Part shown: positions 49,841 through 59,600 of the stretch, in pieces | How positions within the stretch are numbered: position 1 is the first letter of the stretch | How the letters are laid out: every line of letters starts with the position of its first letter | NCBI GenBank assembly: GCA_950072105.1 | Contig: CATMOE010000001.1 | Coordinates: 64,001 to 128,000, forward strand | Origin: an uncultured Dehalococcoidia bacterium | Lineage (GTDB): Bacteria; Chloroflexota; Dehalococcoidia; Lucifugimonadales; UBA3495 | Direction of reading: 5' to 3' | Length of the DNA stretch: 64,000 nucleotides | The notes under the pieces: model-generated | The model's input: the letters and a program-made list of their open reading frames with translations, nothing else | What the model was told of the DNA's origin: nothing | Databases searched by the model: none | Translations under genes and position numbers: made by a program

Positions 49841-50380
49841 TTAAAACTCCTGATAGTCGTTGAACGGATACTCTTTCCGGCCTGGATACCCTTCGAAACC
49901 TTCGTACAGCAACAAGGGAGATAGATCCGGGTGGCCTTCGAAGTGTACGCCAAATAGGTCGTGGGCCTCCCTTTCGTACCAATCGGCCGCCCGCCAGACC
50001 GAGGTCACCGACGGCAGCGCAGCTGTTTCGTAAGGAACATCGGTCTTGATGACCGCCGTCCGGTCGGGGTCCAAGGAGTGGAGGATATACACGATCTGGA
50101 AATACTCTAGGTAATCCACGCAGGCCAAAAGGGACAGTTGAGACATGCCCAATCTGGGGTCATCTTTGGCCAAACGGCAGGCCCGCTGGACGTCTCCGGG
50201 GCCTATAGTCACCTGGGGGAGATCGTCTAAGGCGCCTGGCCGGGGATTGAAATCTTTGAGGACTTCCTTGAGGACTTCCAATATATCAAGATTTGATTGA
50301 CTGAGGCCTTCGATGGCCACATCGACAACCCCAGCCTCCTCGGAAGCTTGGGTGGCTTCGGGATCGTTATTTTCCACCAC
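49841..50380 (-). CDS. nuoC: NADH-quinone oxidoreductase subunit C
   Basis: [31 protein letters not shown]. Confidence 0.92.
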   Translation of the reverse strand: MVENNDPEATQASEEAGVVDVAIEGLSQSNLDILEVLKEVLKDFNPRPGALDDLPQVTIGPGDVQRACRLAKDDPRLGMSQLSLLACVDYLEYFQIVYILHSLDPDRTAVIKTDVPYETAALPSVTSVWRAADWYEREAHDLFGVHFEGHPDLSPLLLYEGFEGYPGRKEYPFNDYQEF

Positions 50381-50900
50381 TGCCTTTGGCGTCCTGCATT
50401 ATTTTTTCCTGTAGCTTGAGGATGCCGTAAAGCAGCGCCTCCGGCCGGGGAGGGCAACCAGGCACGTAAACGTCCACGGGAATGATGTGGTCGACTCCCA
50501 TCACAACCGAATAAGACCGGTAGTAAGGGCCGCCGTTGGTGGCGCAGCTACCCATGGCGATGACCCATTTCGGCTCCGGCATTTGCTCGTACAGCAGGCG
50601 GATGGGCTCCGCCATCTTCTTGACCACGGTGCCTGCCACAATCATTACGTCCGACTGGCGCGGCGACGGCCATGTAACAACGCCAAAACGGTCGAAATCG
50701 TGGTGCGCCATATAGGTGGACATCATCTCTATGGCGCAACAGGCTAGGCCGAAGGTCAGCGCCCAAAGCGATGACTTGCGGGCCATCCCGAACAGTTGAT
50801 CCGTGGTCGTAGTAATAACGCCGGGAACTCTCCCTGACGTTGCCTGATCAAAAAGGCTGGCTCCGGGACGGTTGCCCGTACCTAGGGTTATTTCCTCCAT
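50367..50900 (-). CDS. nuoB: NADH-quinone oxidoreductase subunit B
   Basis: [30 protein letters not shown]. Confidence 0.95.
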   Translation of the reverse strand: MEEITLGTGNRPGASLFDQATSGRVPGVITTTTDQLFGMARKSSLWALTFGLACCAIEMMSTYMAHHDFDRFGVVTWPSPRQSDVMIVAGTVVKKMAEPIRLLYEQMPEPKWVIAMGSCATNGGPYYRSYSVVMGVDHIIPVDVYVPGCPPRPEALLYGILKLQEKIMQDAKGSGGK

Positions 50901-51310
50901 TCAAGGACCCCTTTTCGCCATGCGTATACGATGGCAAAGAATAGGACGCCCAGGAACATTATCATCGCGTAAAACGGTATCACGTTGTTGTAAACGACCT
51001 TCTGTTCCATGAATATCACTGCCCACGGAAACAGGAAAACCGCCTCGACGTCGAAGATCAAAAACAGGATGGCGAAGATATAGAAGCGGACGTTGATGTT
51101 GGACCAGGAATAACTGGTGACAGGAATGCCGCACTCGTACGTCGTGAGCTTTACTTCGGAATGTCGGCGAGCGGACAACAACTGGGAAGTGGCGAACATA
51201 CCCAAGATGGCCACTGCGGCCACGACCGCCGATAGGGCAACCGCCGTCCAGTTTTCAGCAAACAGACCGGGGTTGAAAGCTTGTAGATTAAGGCCAGCGA
51301 TAAACGACAT
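50888..51310 (-). CDS. nuoA: NADH-quinone oxidoreductase subunit A
   Basis: [24 protein letters not shown]. Confidence 0.94.
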   Translation of the reverse strand: MSFIAGLNLQAFNPGLFAENWTAVALSAVVAAVAILGMFATSQLLSARRHSEVKLTTYECGIPVTSYSWSNINVRFYIFAILFLIFDVEAVFLFPWAVIFMEQKVVYNNVIPFYAMIMFLGVLFFAIVYAWRKGVLEWRK

Positions 51311-51371
51311 AGTTTAGCGTTGGAGAAAACTCTGAAAAAACGGTTTATAGGCACGCCTGCCAAGCGTCCAC

Positions 51372-51400
51372 ATGTTAACATCGGGTAGTTGGAGTGTCAA
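51372..51400 (-). promoter_or_regulatory. Sigma70-type promoter of the nuo operon
   Basis: TTGACA-N17-TAACAT; the palindrome ATGTTAACAT overlaps the -10. Confidence 0.7.
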
Positions 51401-51447
51401 TTCCAAGGGCCGTTTCGGCAGGCTGGTGAAGGCCGTTTCCACAGCTA

Positions 51448-52581
51448 TCAACGCTCTCCACGCAAGGCGGTGGAAGAGATATCGTTGCGGAATCGAGACT
51501 CAGGAATCTCCTGGAACAAGGGACTAAACCCCTGAGGAACATCAACTTCGTCCAACGTATAAAACGCGCCGTTATCCTCCCGGCCCGCCACTAGAAAGCG
51601 GCAGCCAGTAGCCCACATCTCGGCCAGAGCGGTCAGCATGGCCGATGTTTCGCCTCCGTAGTACCTGGGAGCCACCAGCCGGACCGCCGTGTCCCATCCA
51701 ATCACAAAAGCGATGCCGGGAAACAGGCCGGCCTTTTTGCGGAAGGTCTCCGCCCGGGTGAGGACCACCCTATTTTGACCCAAAAACTGCACCAGCCTAC
51801 GCTCCACCTCCTCTTTAGCCAAGGGCGGCTTGTCCACGTTCACCACCGAGATCTCGAAGAAAACTTCCGCCCCCAGCATATCCCCGGCGATGCGGGCCAG
51901 TTCACGATGGCCGTCATGGAAGGGACTGAAAGAGCCCGGTAGCAACGCGCCGCCGACCTTGGCGTCCACTGTCATCTGCCCATCGGTTTCTACCAACACG
52001 CTGTTCACTTCGCCGGATAATAAGCGCGATATAGGGTCGTCGTGCTCCTTCGCACCCGTTATCAACTCGTCTTCCGGAACCAGACCCAGGGAAACATCTT
52101 CCTCTAATCCGCTGGCCGTGGACAGTGCTTGGAGCAACAGCCAGCTCACCACCTCTTCCTCGCCGGCCCGGTCGCGCCGGCCCTTGTCGAATCGAAGGGA
52201 ATAGGTTGCCACGCCGGTTTCGCTCCAAGTGGCGATGCAGCAACGGTGTTCGCCCCGCTTCGGCCGGTCGGTGGCGATGGTGGCGGTGCAACCCAGACCC
52301 AACACCGGCACGGGGCTTTCCCGCATGAGCAACGCCCGGTTGTAAGCGGCCCTGGCCATGTCAGTCGCAGTTTCCACCGATACGAATTGGGACGGCTCAT
52401 GGCCGATAAAGTCGATCATCGACAAGGAGCCGTAGGGGACCACCACCTCCAAAAGGGTGCGGGAGGCCCCCGCCACCCCCAAAAGCCAGGCAACGGCCTC
52501 GCTACCGGCCCCGGCCACCGCCAACACGGCCTGCGGAGGGGAGTCGTGGATCTTTTGCACCAAGTCCCGGAAATCGCTCAT
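51448..52581 (-). CDS. CinA-like N-terminal domain fused to a cytidylyltransferase/NMN-adenylyltransferase-like domain
   Basis: GASRTLLE...KRGEHR N-terminal region; PGSFSPFHDGH (HxGH), GWDTAVRL, DISSTALR. Confidence 0.75.
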   Translation of the reverse strand: MSDFRDLVQKIHDSPPQAVLAVAGAGSEAVAWLLGVAGASRTLLEVVVPYGSLSMIDFIGHEPSQFVSVETATDMARAAYNRALLMRESPVPVLGLGCTATIATDRPKRGEHRCCIATWSETGVATYSLRFDKGRRDRAGEEEVVSWLLLQALSTASGLEEDVSLGLVPEDELITGAKEHDDPISRLLSGEVNSVLVETDGQMTVDAKVGGALLPGSFSPFHDGHRELARIAGDMLGAEVFFEISVVNVDKPPLAKEEVERRLVQFLGQNRVVLTRAETFRKKAGLFPGIAFVIGWDTAVRLVAPRYYGGETSAMLTALAEMWATGCRFLVAGREDNGAFYTLDEVDVPQGFSPLFQEIPESRFRNDISSTALRGER

Positions 52582-52603
52582 AGATCAATCCGAATCAAAT
52601 CGT

Positions 52604-53185
52604 TTACGCTTTGGGCTGCCATGGCTTGAAGTCGAGGTTGGGCATGCGCCGTTTGGAGACCTCGATCTCTCCGCTGATCTTTCGGTCCCACTCCTCGTTC
52701 CAAGCAGCCGGAATCTCCCGGCGGGCATCCCGCCAGTACAGCGGCTCGGCTTGAGAAAGAGTTTCTCCATCCAAAACATCGCCCAGGAAACAGGTCATAT
52801 CGCCGCCGTCCATGGCATTCACCACCCGGCAGTCCAGGAAACCCCAACAATCGTCCAAGACTGGGCTGCCCGTTGCCCGCGGCGCGTGAGCCACGCCCAA
52901 CAATTTGTCCCTATCCCTTCCCGATACCAACCCAAAATCATTTATCAGTTCAAGTTGGTCCTGCCGTAGAAAGTTTAGGGCGAAGCACCCGCTGTTGTAG
53001 ATCAGGTCGTGACTATAGTTGGTTTTGTATATCTGAAGCAATACCCGGGGCATATCCGGAACGATGGAAGCCGCCGCGATGGCCACCGCGATCTGGGCGT
53101 TGGACTTGCCTTGCCAGTGGCTGGTAACCGCGGCGATGGGAGACCACAGGCGCCCCATTATCGGCGCGATCCGGGAATATTCCAT
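52604..53185 (-). CDS. Flavin reductase-like FMN-binding protein
   Basis: FALNFL, FGLVSGRDRDK, TGSPVL, CRV...GGD.TCFLG. Confidence 0.85.
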   Translation of the reverse strand: MEYSRIAPIMGRLWSPIAAVTSHWQGKSNAQIAVAIAAASIVPDMPRVLLQIYKTNYSHDLIYNSGCFALNFLRQDQLELINDFGLVSGRDRDKLLGVAHAPRATGSPVLDDCWGFLDCRVVNAMDGGDMTCFLGDVLDGETLSQAEPLYWRDARREIPAAWNEEWDRKISGEIEVSKRRMPNLDFKPWQPKA

Positions 53186-53198
53186 GTCGTGCTCACAA

Positions 53199-53275
53199 GA
53201 GGTACGGGGATCAAGGGCTACGGTCCCGTCGGCATTCGGCCCCTACTTAGAGCCAGCCGCCCATCGAGGTACCCC
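53199..53275 (-). ncRNA. Candidate structured leader RNA upstream of the flavin reductase gene
   Basis: Nested GGGGUAC/GUACCUC, UCGA-U-GGGC/GCCCUUGA and GGCUCU/GGGGCC stems; TGcTACACT -10-like element immediately upstream. Confidence 0.3.
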
Positions 53276-53413
53276 GAGTGTAGCACCGTGGCTTTCCGGT
53301 GACCAGAGCGACGAGGTCAATCTCCCGGGAATAACTGCTTGACTTCAGGTATACGTACCCGGCCACGCTGAGAAACTTTGAAGATGCGGGAAGCAATTCG
53401 CCTGCGTACTCCC

Positions 53414-53513
53414 GTCATTCCGGCGAACGCCGGAATCCAGGCCGCATTCCGTCTCAGGGGCAAACGCCGCAGAAAAGCTCACAAATCTGAGTCCCGGCTT
53501 CTGCCGGGACGAT
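53414..53513. repeat. Palindromic element, family B, with inverted partner
   Basis: GTCATTCCGGCGAACGCCGGAATCCAG ... GTCCCGGCTTCTGCCGGGAC. Confidence 0.7.
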
Positions 53514-53530
53514 GGGTGGAGTAGTTTTGG

Positions 53531-55246
53531 CTAGGGGACGTCATTCGATCCGGCATAGACCTGGGTACCTGGATGAAACGAGTACCACCCGAACCAATAG
53601 GATGCTCGACTGGGCAGCCTGGCAAGCCGCTCAGTGGGGTTTTCTACTAATACCAACGCCTCTTCCTCGATTTGCCAAGGCCGGTCGTTCATGTCAGTCA
53701 GGGTAATGCTCCCATCCCCAGATCCGGTTCGCGGCAAGCGAAACTTATATGACCCTCTTTCGTAAGCCCGGGCACCCACCTGGTCAGTTGCGACAACCAC
53801 TAATGCTTGTCCCGACACCGTGTCATTGATTACCAGCTCCTTGGACAGTGACTCAAACGGATAAGCCTTGGCTTGCCCATTCAAAATCAACCCTAGGACT
53901 TGGGCTTTTGTGGCCAAAAGCTCGGCGCGTTGGGGGACCGGAAATATGGTGTCCGGGGTATTACGGTAGCGGAAGTATATCGACCGGCGGTCATCCTCGG
54001 GCGCATAGCTGCTGGGCGGATACACCCCGGTTTCGATGCTCAGTACGGTGGTGTCCGGATGAAGCGCCAGCCAGTCGGCCCATGTTGTCAGCGCTACGGG
54101 AATCAGCTCAAGCTTCACGCCGCTGTCGCCCAAAGGTCCCACAACCGGCTCACCTAAGAACTGGTGCCACAACGATTTGGTCCCCCGGTCGTACATCAGC
54201 TTGTTGCTGTGATAAAGCATGCCCGACGTACCGAAACTCAGGACCTCTCCATCTACCTTCGTGGAATACACGATTCCAAAGCCGCAGAGAGTTCAATATG
54301 CGAGGGCGAAGGGAACGCCGCCAAGAACGTCGTTGGCCATCTCGTGGGGGTTTAGGATTCGCAGCGGGTAGGCCCGGTGTTCTTCGTTTATCAAAACGCC
54401 GAAAACCCGGTCCGTGGGCCTCAGATACCTGGCATCCAGAGCGGGAATCGAGGTTGGGTTAATCAGGTCCGGTATGCCATCCTTGGCAACCCCTCCCCCC
54501 ACCGCTTCTTCCAAGCGGATACGAGTTTTCACGCCGTCGTAGAAGAAGGCCCCCATGCCCGGGTCGATGTGGGCCAGGAAGCGGCCTTTCCACTCGGCAT
54601 AGCCCATGGGCGGCTCGATCTCAGGATGGCCGGCCAGCCATACGCTCCACTGCATCCATTCGTTCCGCTCCGTCGAGTCAGGTTTGGCATCGTCGCCAAC
54701 CAATCGATCTAGGTAGGAGCTGTAACTGGCCCGTCCTTCGTAATATATCTGCAGACGCAAGAAGTCGACTAAGATAGGAACGTAGGCGAGGTCACCGGAT
54801 TCCGCCATTTTATCGGCCACATACTCCAGTCCGAGGAGAACCGGGCCGAACCGGGGCATGTCAGGGTCGTCACCAATCTGGTGGAAGATTGGCAGAGAAC
54901 TTAGGGCCGAGGCCAGAAGGGCCTGGTGTTTATCGTTTCCAGGATCGGAGGCCGCCGGGCCGGTGGTGGAAGGTGATGAGAGATTGGGATCAACAACGGC
55001 TACAACGCCACTTGCGGCCGGGTTAGAACGTGTGGCGGTAGGCTCCGCTTGCCTGACGGTAGGCGACGGTCGCGGCGCGACGAGGGTCGGTTCTGGCGAC
55101 GGTACAGTGCTCGCTGGCGCCCCCGTGGAGTTGCAAGCCAAGCTCACAACTAAGAACGCCATAAGCAACAATAAACCGGCGGGCTTCAGTCCAAGCACAA
55201 CCCATCCACGGCTTCTGTATATTATTGCCGGCATCTGTGACCTCAA
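53531..55246 (-). CDS. DUF3179-family lipoprotein, probable selenoprotein (UGA at 54293-54295 read as Sec; UxxC)
   Basis: ORFs 54293..55246 and 53531..54271 are in the same frame: ...RAYPLRILNPHEMAND..GGVPFALAY-U-TLCGFGIVY...FGTSGMLYHSNKLMYDR.T.SLW.Q; hairpin follows the UGA; lipobox SLAC. Confidence 0.85.
54245..54292 (-). promoter_or_regulatory. Bacterial SECIS-like hairpin
   Basis: UGGAAU-CGUGU-AUUCCA apical stem 15-31 nt after the UGA, extended by CUU/AAG and UCUGC/GUAGA. Confidence 0.6.
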
Positions 55247-55371
55247 AACCTAATCAACCATGCGTTCAGGGGAGATCGGTGGGTTCGGCTTGGGAACGGT
55301 AAAGGGGTTGGTTTCTTGTGCTGGACCGCCTAGCGGGGAGTTTCGCCAAGCGCGGCATCGCTGCTATATAT

Positions 55372-55398
55372 AACGGAAGAATCCGGCTCGCGGTTTCA
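55372..55398 (-). promoter_or_regulatory. ECF-sigma-like promoter upstream of the DUF3179 gene
   Basis: TGAAAC-N17-CGTT on the minus strand. Confidence 0.4.
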
Positions 55399-55451
55399 TT
55401 GATGGATGGTGAGGGTGACGGCCGCCAGGTATCCTGATCGCCGATTCAGAC

Positions 55452-56474
55452 CTACCAGTTGGGATTTCGGTCCTCGGAGCTGTTGTTGGTCATGCGCAAT
55501 TGATTGATCCCATTCGATTCCATCACGAAGATCTCCCCTTCTCCGTACAGATGGGATACAAAGGCGATGCGCTTGCCATCACGGGACCAGGAAGGCATCA
55601 GGTCTTCGACCTCGTTGTTGGTTAGCCGGACCTGCTTGGACCCGTCGCCCCGCATGGTGTAAACCTCGGAATTACCGTCCCGGGACGAAACAAATACTAT
55701 GGACTTGCTGTCGGGAGACCAGGAGGCCCCCCGGTCCGAAACGTCGTTCTGAGTCAGACGGATCGACTCAGGTTCGTCTTGCCAGGTGCGTCTTTTCAGC
55801 TTGCTGAGGGTGTAGATCTCCTCCTCACCGCCTTCTCCCCGGACGAAAACAATGTGTAGGCCGTCGGGAGACCAGGAAGGCGAGTGATCGAGGCCGGTGG
55901 TCAGATGAACCAGGTTGACTCCATCCGGGTTGCGCAGCCAAAGCCCCCGTTCCTCTTCATCACCCAGGACGTAAAACACCAGCCATACACCGTCTGGGGA
56001 CCAATCTCCCAATCGTTCTTGGCTATCGTTGGAGGTGATGCGAGTTGGATTGGCGCCATCGGAGTCCATCAGATACAAGTCGGTCTGGCCGTCGCGTTGC
56101 GAGATAAACGCCAGCCTTTTGCCATCGGGAGACCACCGGGGCGAAACGTCATCTCCGGCTTCGTGAGTTAGCCGCGTGATGACCTCACCCTTCCGGTCTA
56201 CCACGTTGATCTCCAGGTCGCCGGATTCGTCCGACAGATACGCTATGTGCTTCCCATCCGGAGAAAGTCTGGGACCGTAGTCGGCGCTACCGTTGTTGGT
56301 CAAGGAAATGGACTCGCCGGATCTTGCGTTAAGCAGGACCACTTCCAAGTCCCCGTCGGCCGACGACACGTACACGATTTCCTGAGATGAAGAGGAAAGG
56401 CAAGCAATGCCCAAAGCTAGGGCGAGCGGAAATAAGATTAATCCGAAAAGACGGGACAAGTACGGCAATTTCAT
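55452..56474 (-). CDS. TolB-like PD40-repeat beta-propeller lipoprotein
   Basis: Lipobox GIAC; about 6-7 WSPDG repeats. Confidence 0.85.
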   Translation of the reverse strand: MKLPYLSRLFGLILFPLALALGIACLSSSSQEIVYVSSADGDLEVVLLNARSGESISLTNNGSADYGPRLSPDGKHIAYLSDESGDLEINVVDRKGEVITRLTHEAGDDVSPRWSPDGKRLAFISQRDGQTDLYLMDSDGANPTRITSNDSQERLGDWSPDGVWLVFYVLGDEEERGLWLRNPDGVNLVHLTTGLDHSPSWSPDGLHIVFVRGEGGEEEIYTLSKLKRRTWQDEPESIRLTQNDVSDRGASWSPDSKSIVFVSSRDGNSEVYTMRGDGSKQVRLTNNEVEDLMPSWSRDGKRIAFVSHLYGEGEIFVMESNGINQLRMTNNSSEDRNPNW

Positions 56475-56735
56475 TCTATATCCCCAGGTTGACTGCCAGG
56501 TGCGGACACCGAGACCGCCGCCCCACACCTAAGATTACCTTGATGTGGATTATATCCAATCACAACGCATCGTTAGCTTGCCGCGAAACACCCGGTTTAA
56601 CCTGAAAAGCCCGGTTTGACGAAAAGCTCTATGTAACCGGCATCTGAGTAGATGCTCGAATACCTACCGGCTGAAAAGGATAGCCGTATCAGTAGCAGTC
56701 TGAACACCGAACGAATAACTATACCTGCTTGTCTC

Positions 56736-56764
56736 TTGACAGGGCTGGCGGCGTATTTTAGCAT
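56736..56764 (+). promoter_or_regulatory. Sigma70-type promoter of the amidohydrolase gene
   Basis: TTGACA-N17-TAGCAT. Confidence 0.65.
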
Positions 56765-56823
56765 CACGGCAACCGGCGAAAGCAGCGACATGGCAATTGC
56801 GTAGCCGCCGATGGAGGTACGAC

Positions 56824-58083
56824 ATGAAGGTATTTATAAACGCAAACTTGATCGACGGCAACGGCGGTCCGGTCATTAACGACGCGGCGGTGTTGATCAA
56901 CGGCGAACGCATTGTATCCGCCGGTCCTCGAGCCGCCGCGACTTGGCCGGACGGAACCGAGGTTGTGGATGTAACCGGGTTGACAATCATGCCCGGCCTC
57001 ATCGACTGCCACGATCACTTGGCTTCCAAGGACTACACAATGGCCAGCCGGTGGGGCCTCACCGAGCCCATATCCCTAGGTTATCTGCGGACGGCCAAGG
57101 CACTGGAAGATACGTTGTTGGCCGGATACACCTGCGTAAGGGAAGCCGGTGGATTGGACATCGGATTCAAACAGGCCATCGAAGAAGGTCTGATACCCGG
57201 ACCCAGATTGGTACTAACGGTGGGAATACTTTCCCCCACCGGCGGCCTGGCCGACCGTCCCAGTCCCTCCGGGCACCACAACCCCTTCCACGTCGACGCC
57301 CGCATCCCCGTAGGAGTGGCCGATGGCCCCGACGGTGTACGGGCCAAAGTACGGGAGATGGCCCGGGTAGGGGCCGACCAGATCAAGTTCGCCACCACCG
57401 GAGGGGCCAGTTCCCGCCCAGGCCACGGCACCATGGATATTGAGTTCGGCAAGGACGAAGTCAAGGCCCTGATCGAAGAGTCGGCGTCTTTGGGCCGCGC
57501 CACCATGTGTCACGCGGTTGGCGGTCCCGGACTGCGCATGGCCATCGAAGCCGGCGCCGGCTCCATCGAGCACGGCTGCTATCTGGCCGATGATCCAGAC
57601 CTGCTGAAAATGATGGCGGATCAGGGCACCTTTTTCGTGCCTACTTTTGAAGTATACGAATTCCACTCCACCGTCAGCGCACCCCACATGATAGCCCGAG
57701 CCCAGGCCTTGATGGATGTCCACCAGGAGAGCCTGCACAAGGCCGCGGAAGCTGGGGTTAGGATAGTCGCCGGTACCGACGCCGGGGGATTCGTTCATGG
57801 GGACAACGCCAAGGAAGTGGAGATCCTGGTAAATCGGGGCATGACCCCCATGCAAGCCATCCAGGCCGCCACCGGCCTGGCCGCCCAGTGCGCCGGTTTG
57901 CAGAAGGACATCGGCACCCTGGAAGCGGGCAAATTTGCCGACCTGCTGATTCTCGACGGAGATCCTTCGAAAGACATCACCATATTGAGGAACCGGGACA
58001 AGATCAAGATGGTGATGAAGGGCGGAGAAGCCTTCGTTAACACAGTGCCGGTTGCAACGGGTTCTCCCCAGCCCGTAAGCTGA
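56824..58083 (+). CDS. Amidohydrolase family protein (Xaa-Pro dipeptidase-like subgroup)
   Basis: MPGLIDCHDH, IKF.TTGG, CHA, SIEHG, AGTDAG, GKFADL; GGAGG RBS. Confidence 0.88.
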   Translation: MKVFINANLIDGNGGPVINDAAVLINGERIVSAGPRAAATWPDGTEVVDVTGLTIMPGLIDCHDHLASKDYTMASRWGLTEPISLGYLRTAKALEDTLLAGYTCVREAGGLDIGFKQAIEEGLIPGPRLVLTVGILSPTGGLADRPSPSGHHNPFHVDARIPVGVADGPDGVRAKVREMARVGADQIKFATTGGASSRPGHGTMDIEFGKDEVKALIEESASLGRATMCHAVGGPGLRMAIEAGAGSIEHGCYLADDPDLLKMMADQGTFFVPTFEVYEFHSTVSAPHMIARAQALMDVHQESLHKAAEAGVRIVAGTDAGGFVHGDNAKEVEILVNRGMTPMQAIQAATGLAAQCAGLQKDIGTLEAGKFADLLILDGDPSKDITILRNRDKIKMVMKGGEAFVNTVPVATGSPQPVS

Positions 58084-58108
58084 CCCTCTAGAGTTCCGGC
58101 AATATCGA

Positions 58109-58193
58109 ATCCGTCACGCCGGCGTAGGCCGGTGTCCAGGATCGCCGCTGTAGAGACGTGTTCTGGATTCCGGCCTTCGCCGGAATGACGGAT
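58109..58193. repeat. Palindromic element, family B, complete inverted pair
   Basis: ATCCGTCACGCCGGCGTAGGCCGGTGTCCAG ... CTGGATTCCGGCCTTCGCCGGAATGACGGAT. Confidence 0.75.
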
Positions 58194-58254
58194 GCGTGAC
58201 TGATACCCTGCCCGGAGATTGGAGCAGGGTTAGGGCTTCCTGTATCATGACCCC

Positions 58255-59016
58255 ATGATTTTCAAAGTCCTAACCCTCTTCCCCGAAGTTTTCCAAGCGC
58301 CCCTGGAGTCCAGCATGGTAGGCCTGGCCCGCCAGCGGGGACTGGTTACCATAGAAGTCACCGACATCAGGTCTTACACCCACGACCCTCACGGGACCGC
58401 AGACGATTACCAATTTGGCGGCGGTCCCGGCATGGTCCTCAAGCCCGACCCCATCTTTGAAGCGGTTGACGACGTTCTGTCCGCCCACTCGGTCGAGCAG
58501 CGCGCCGGCATCCCCATCATATTGACGTCGCCCCAGGGGGAAACCCTGACTCAAGCCATGGCGCAAGAGCTGTCCCTAGCCCCAGAGATCGTGATTATCT
58601 GTGGCCATTACGCCGGGGTAGACGAACGGGTGCGGCAACACCTGGTTAATCGGGAGGTCAGCATCGGCGACTACGTGCTCACCGGAGGGGAGATTCCGGC
58701 CATGGTTCTGATCGACTCGGTAACTCGGCTGATCCCCGGGGTTATTGGCTCCCAAGAGAATATAGAAGAAGACTCCATCACATCGGGTCTGCTCCAGCAT
58801 CCGTTGTACACCCGTCCGGCGGAATTTCGGGGTATGGCCGCTCCCGAAGTGCTACGCTCCGGTCACCACGCCGAAATACTTAAATGGCGCCGCCGAGAGT
58901 CTCTTAATCGCACGTTAGAGCGGCGGCGCGACTTGCTGGACAAAGCTGAACTAACTACGGACGACCTAACTTACCTACGCTCGCTGGGCTACGCCAGGCC
59001 GGAGTCTTCTCCTTGA
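58255..59016 (+). CDS. trmD: tRNA (guanine-N1)-methyltransferase
   Basis: VLTLFPE, FGGGPGMV, SIGDYVLTGGE, YTRP, SGHH. Confidence 0.96.
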   Translation: MIFKVLTLFPEVFQAPLESSMVGLARQRGLVTIEVTDIRSYTHDPHGTADDYQFGGGPGMVLKPDPIFEAVDDVLSAHSVEQRAGIPIILTSPQGETLTQAMAQELSLAPEIVIICGHYAGVDERVRQHLVNREVSIGDYVLTGGEIPAMVLIDSVTRLIPGVIGSQENIEEDSITSGLLQHPLYTRPAEFRGMAAPEVLRSGHHAEILKWRRRESLNRTLERRRDLLDKAELTTDDLTYLRSLGYARPESSP

Positions 59017-59082
59017 TGGCCCGGCCACATATCGCTCAACCGACGACAATTCCCACCCCGCCTTCGATCTCATCGGCGGCAC

Positions 59083-59117
59083 GCCTCTCCCCGAGGGAGA
59101 GGGGCCGGGGGTGAGGG
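59083..59117. repeat. REP-like family C copy
   Basis: CCTCTCCC-CGA-GGGAGAGG-GGCCGGGGGTGAGGG. Confidence 0.65.
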
Positions 59118-59120
59118 CCC

Positions 59121-59600
59121 ATGCCCAAATCTGACTTCAAATTCCAAACATCTCTTCGTGTCCGCTGGATGGAGTGCGATGCCCAAAGCATCGTCTTCAA
59201 CGGAGCGTACATGGACTACCTGGAAGTCGGCCAGTCGGAATACTATAGAAACCTGGGTTTCAGCATCTACAAAGTTGCCGCACAGGGCTACTTCGACACC
59301 GCGGTAGTCAAGGTAGAGATAGAGTACAAGGCCCCCGCCAGGGTTGACGACATGCTGGATCTCCACGTGCGCGTCTCCCACATCGGCAACACCAGCCTGA
59401 TCCTGAACATCGAGATATATCCCCAGGACTCGCAAAACCTCCTGACAACCATTCAGTCGGTCTACGTTGGCTACCATGCCGATTCGGGAAAAACCCGCCC
59501 AGTACCCGATGAGATGCGGGGACTGATCAACCACTTCGAAGAAACCGGCGAAGTTCTCCCGTTGGACCGCTTCCCCGATCTGGCCGCGGCGGCAAAGTAG
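59121..59600 (+). CDS. YbgC/4-HBT-family acyl-CoA thioesterase
   Basis: RVRWMECDAQSIVFNGAY..YLE hot-dog motif. Confidence 0.88.
   Translation: MPKSDFKFQTSLRVRWMECDAQSIVFNGAYMDYLEVGQSEYYRNLGFSIYKVAAQGYFDTAVVKVEIEYKAPARVDDMLDLHVRVSHIGNTSLILNIEIYPQDSQNLLTTIQSVYVGYHADSGKTRPVPDEMRGLINHFEETGEVLPLDRFPDLAAAAK

Noticed and set aside
53531..54271. Separate gene or nonsense pseudogene
   Set aside because: An in-frame UGA at the conserved Cys position plus a hairpin is better explained by Sec read-through
56590..56628. Imperfect direct repeat CCCGGTTT(A/G)AC..GAAAAGC x2 between divergent genes
   Set aside because: Only two degenerate copies; could be an operator but cannot be supported
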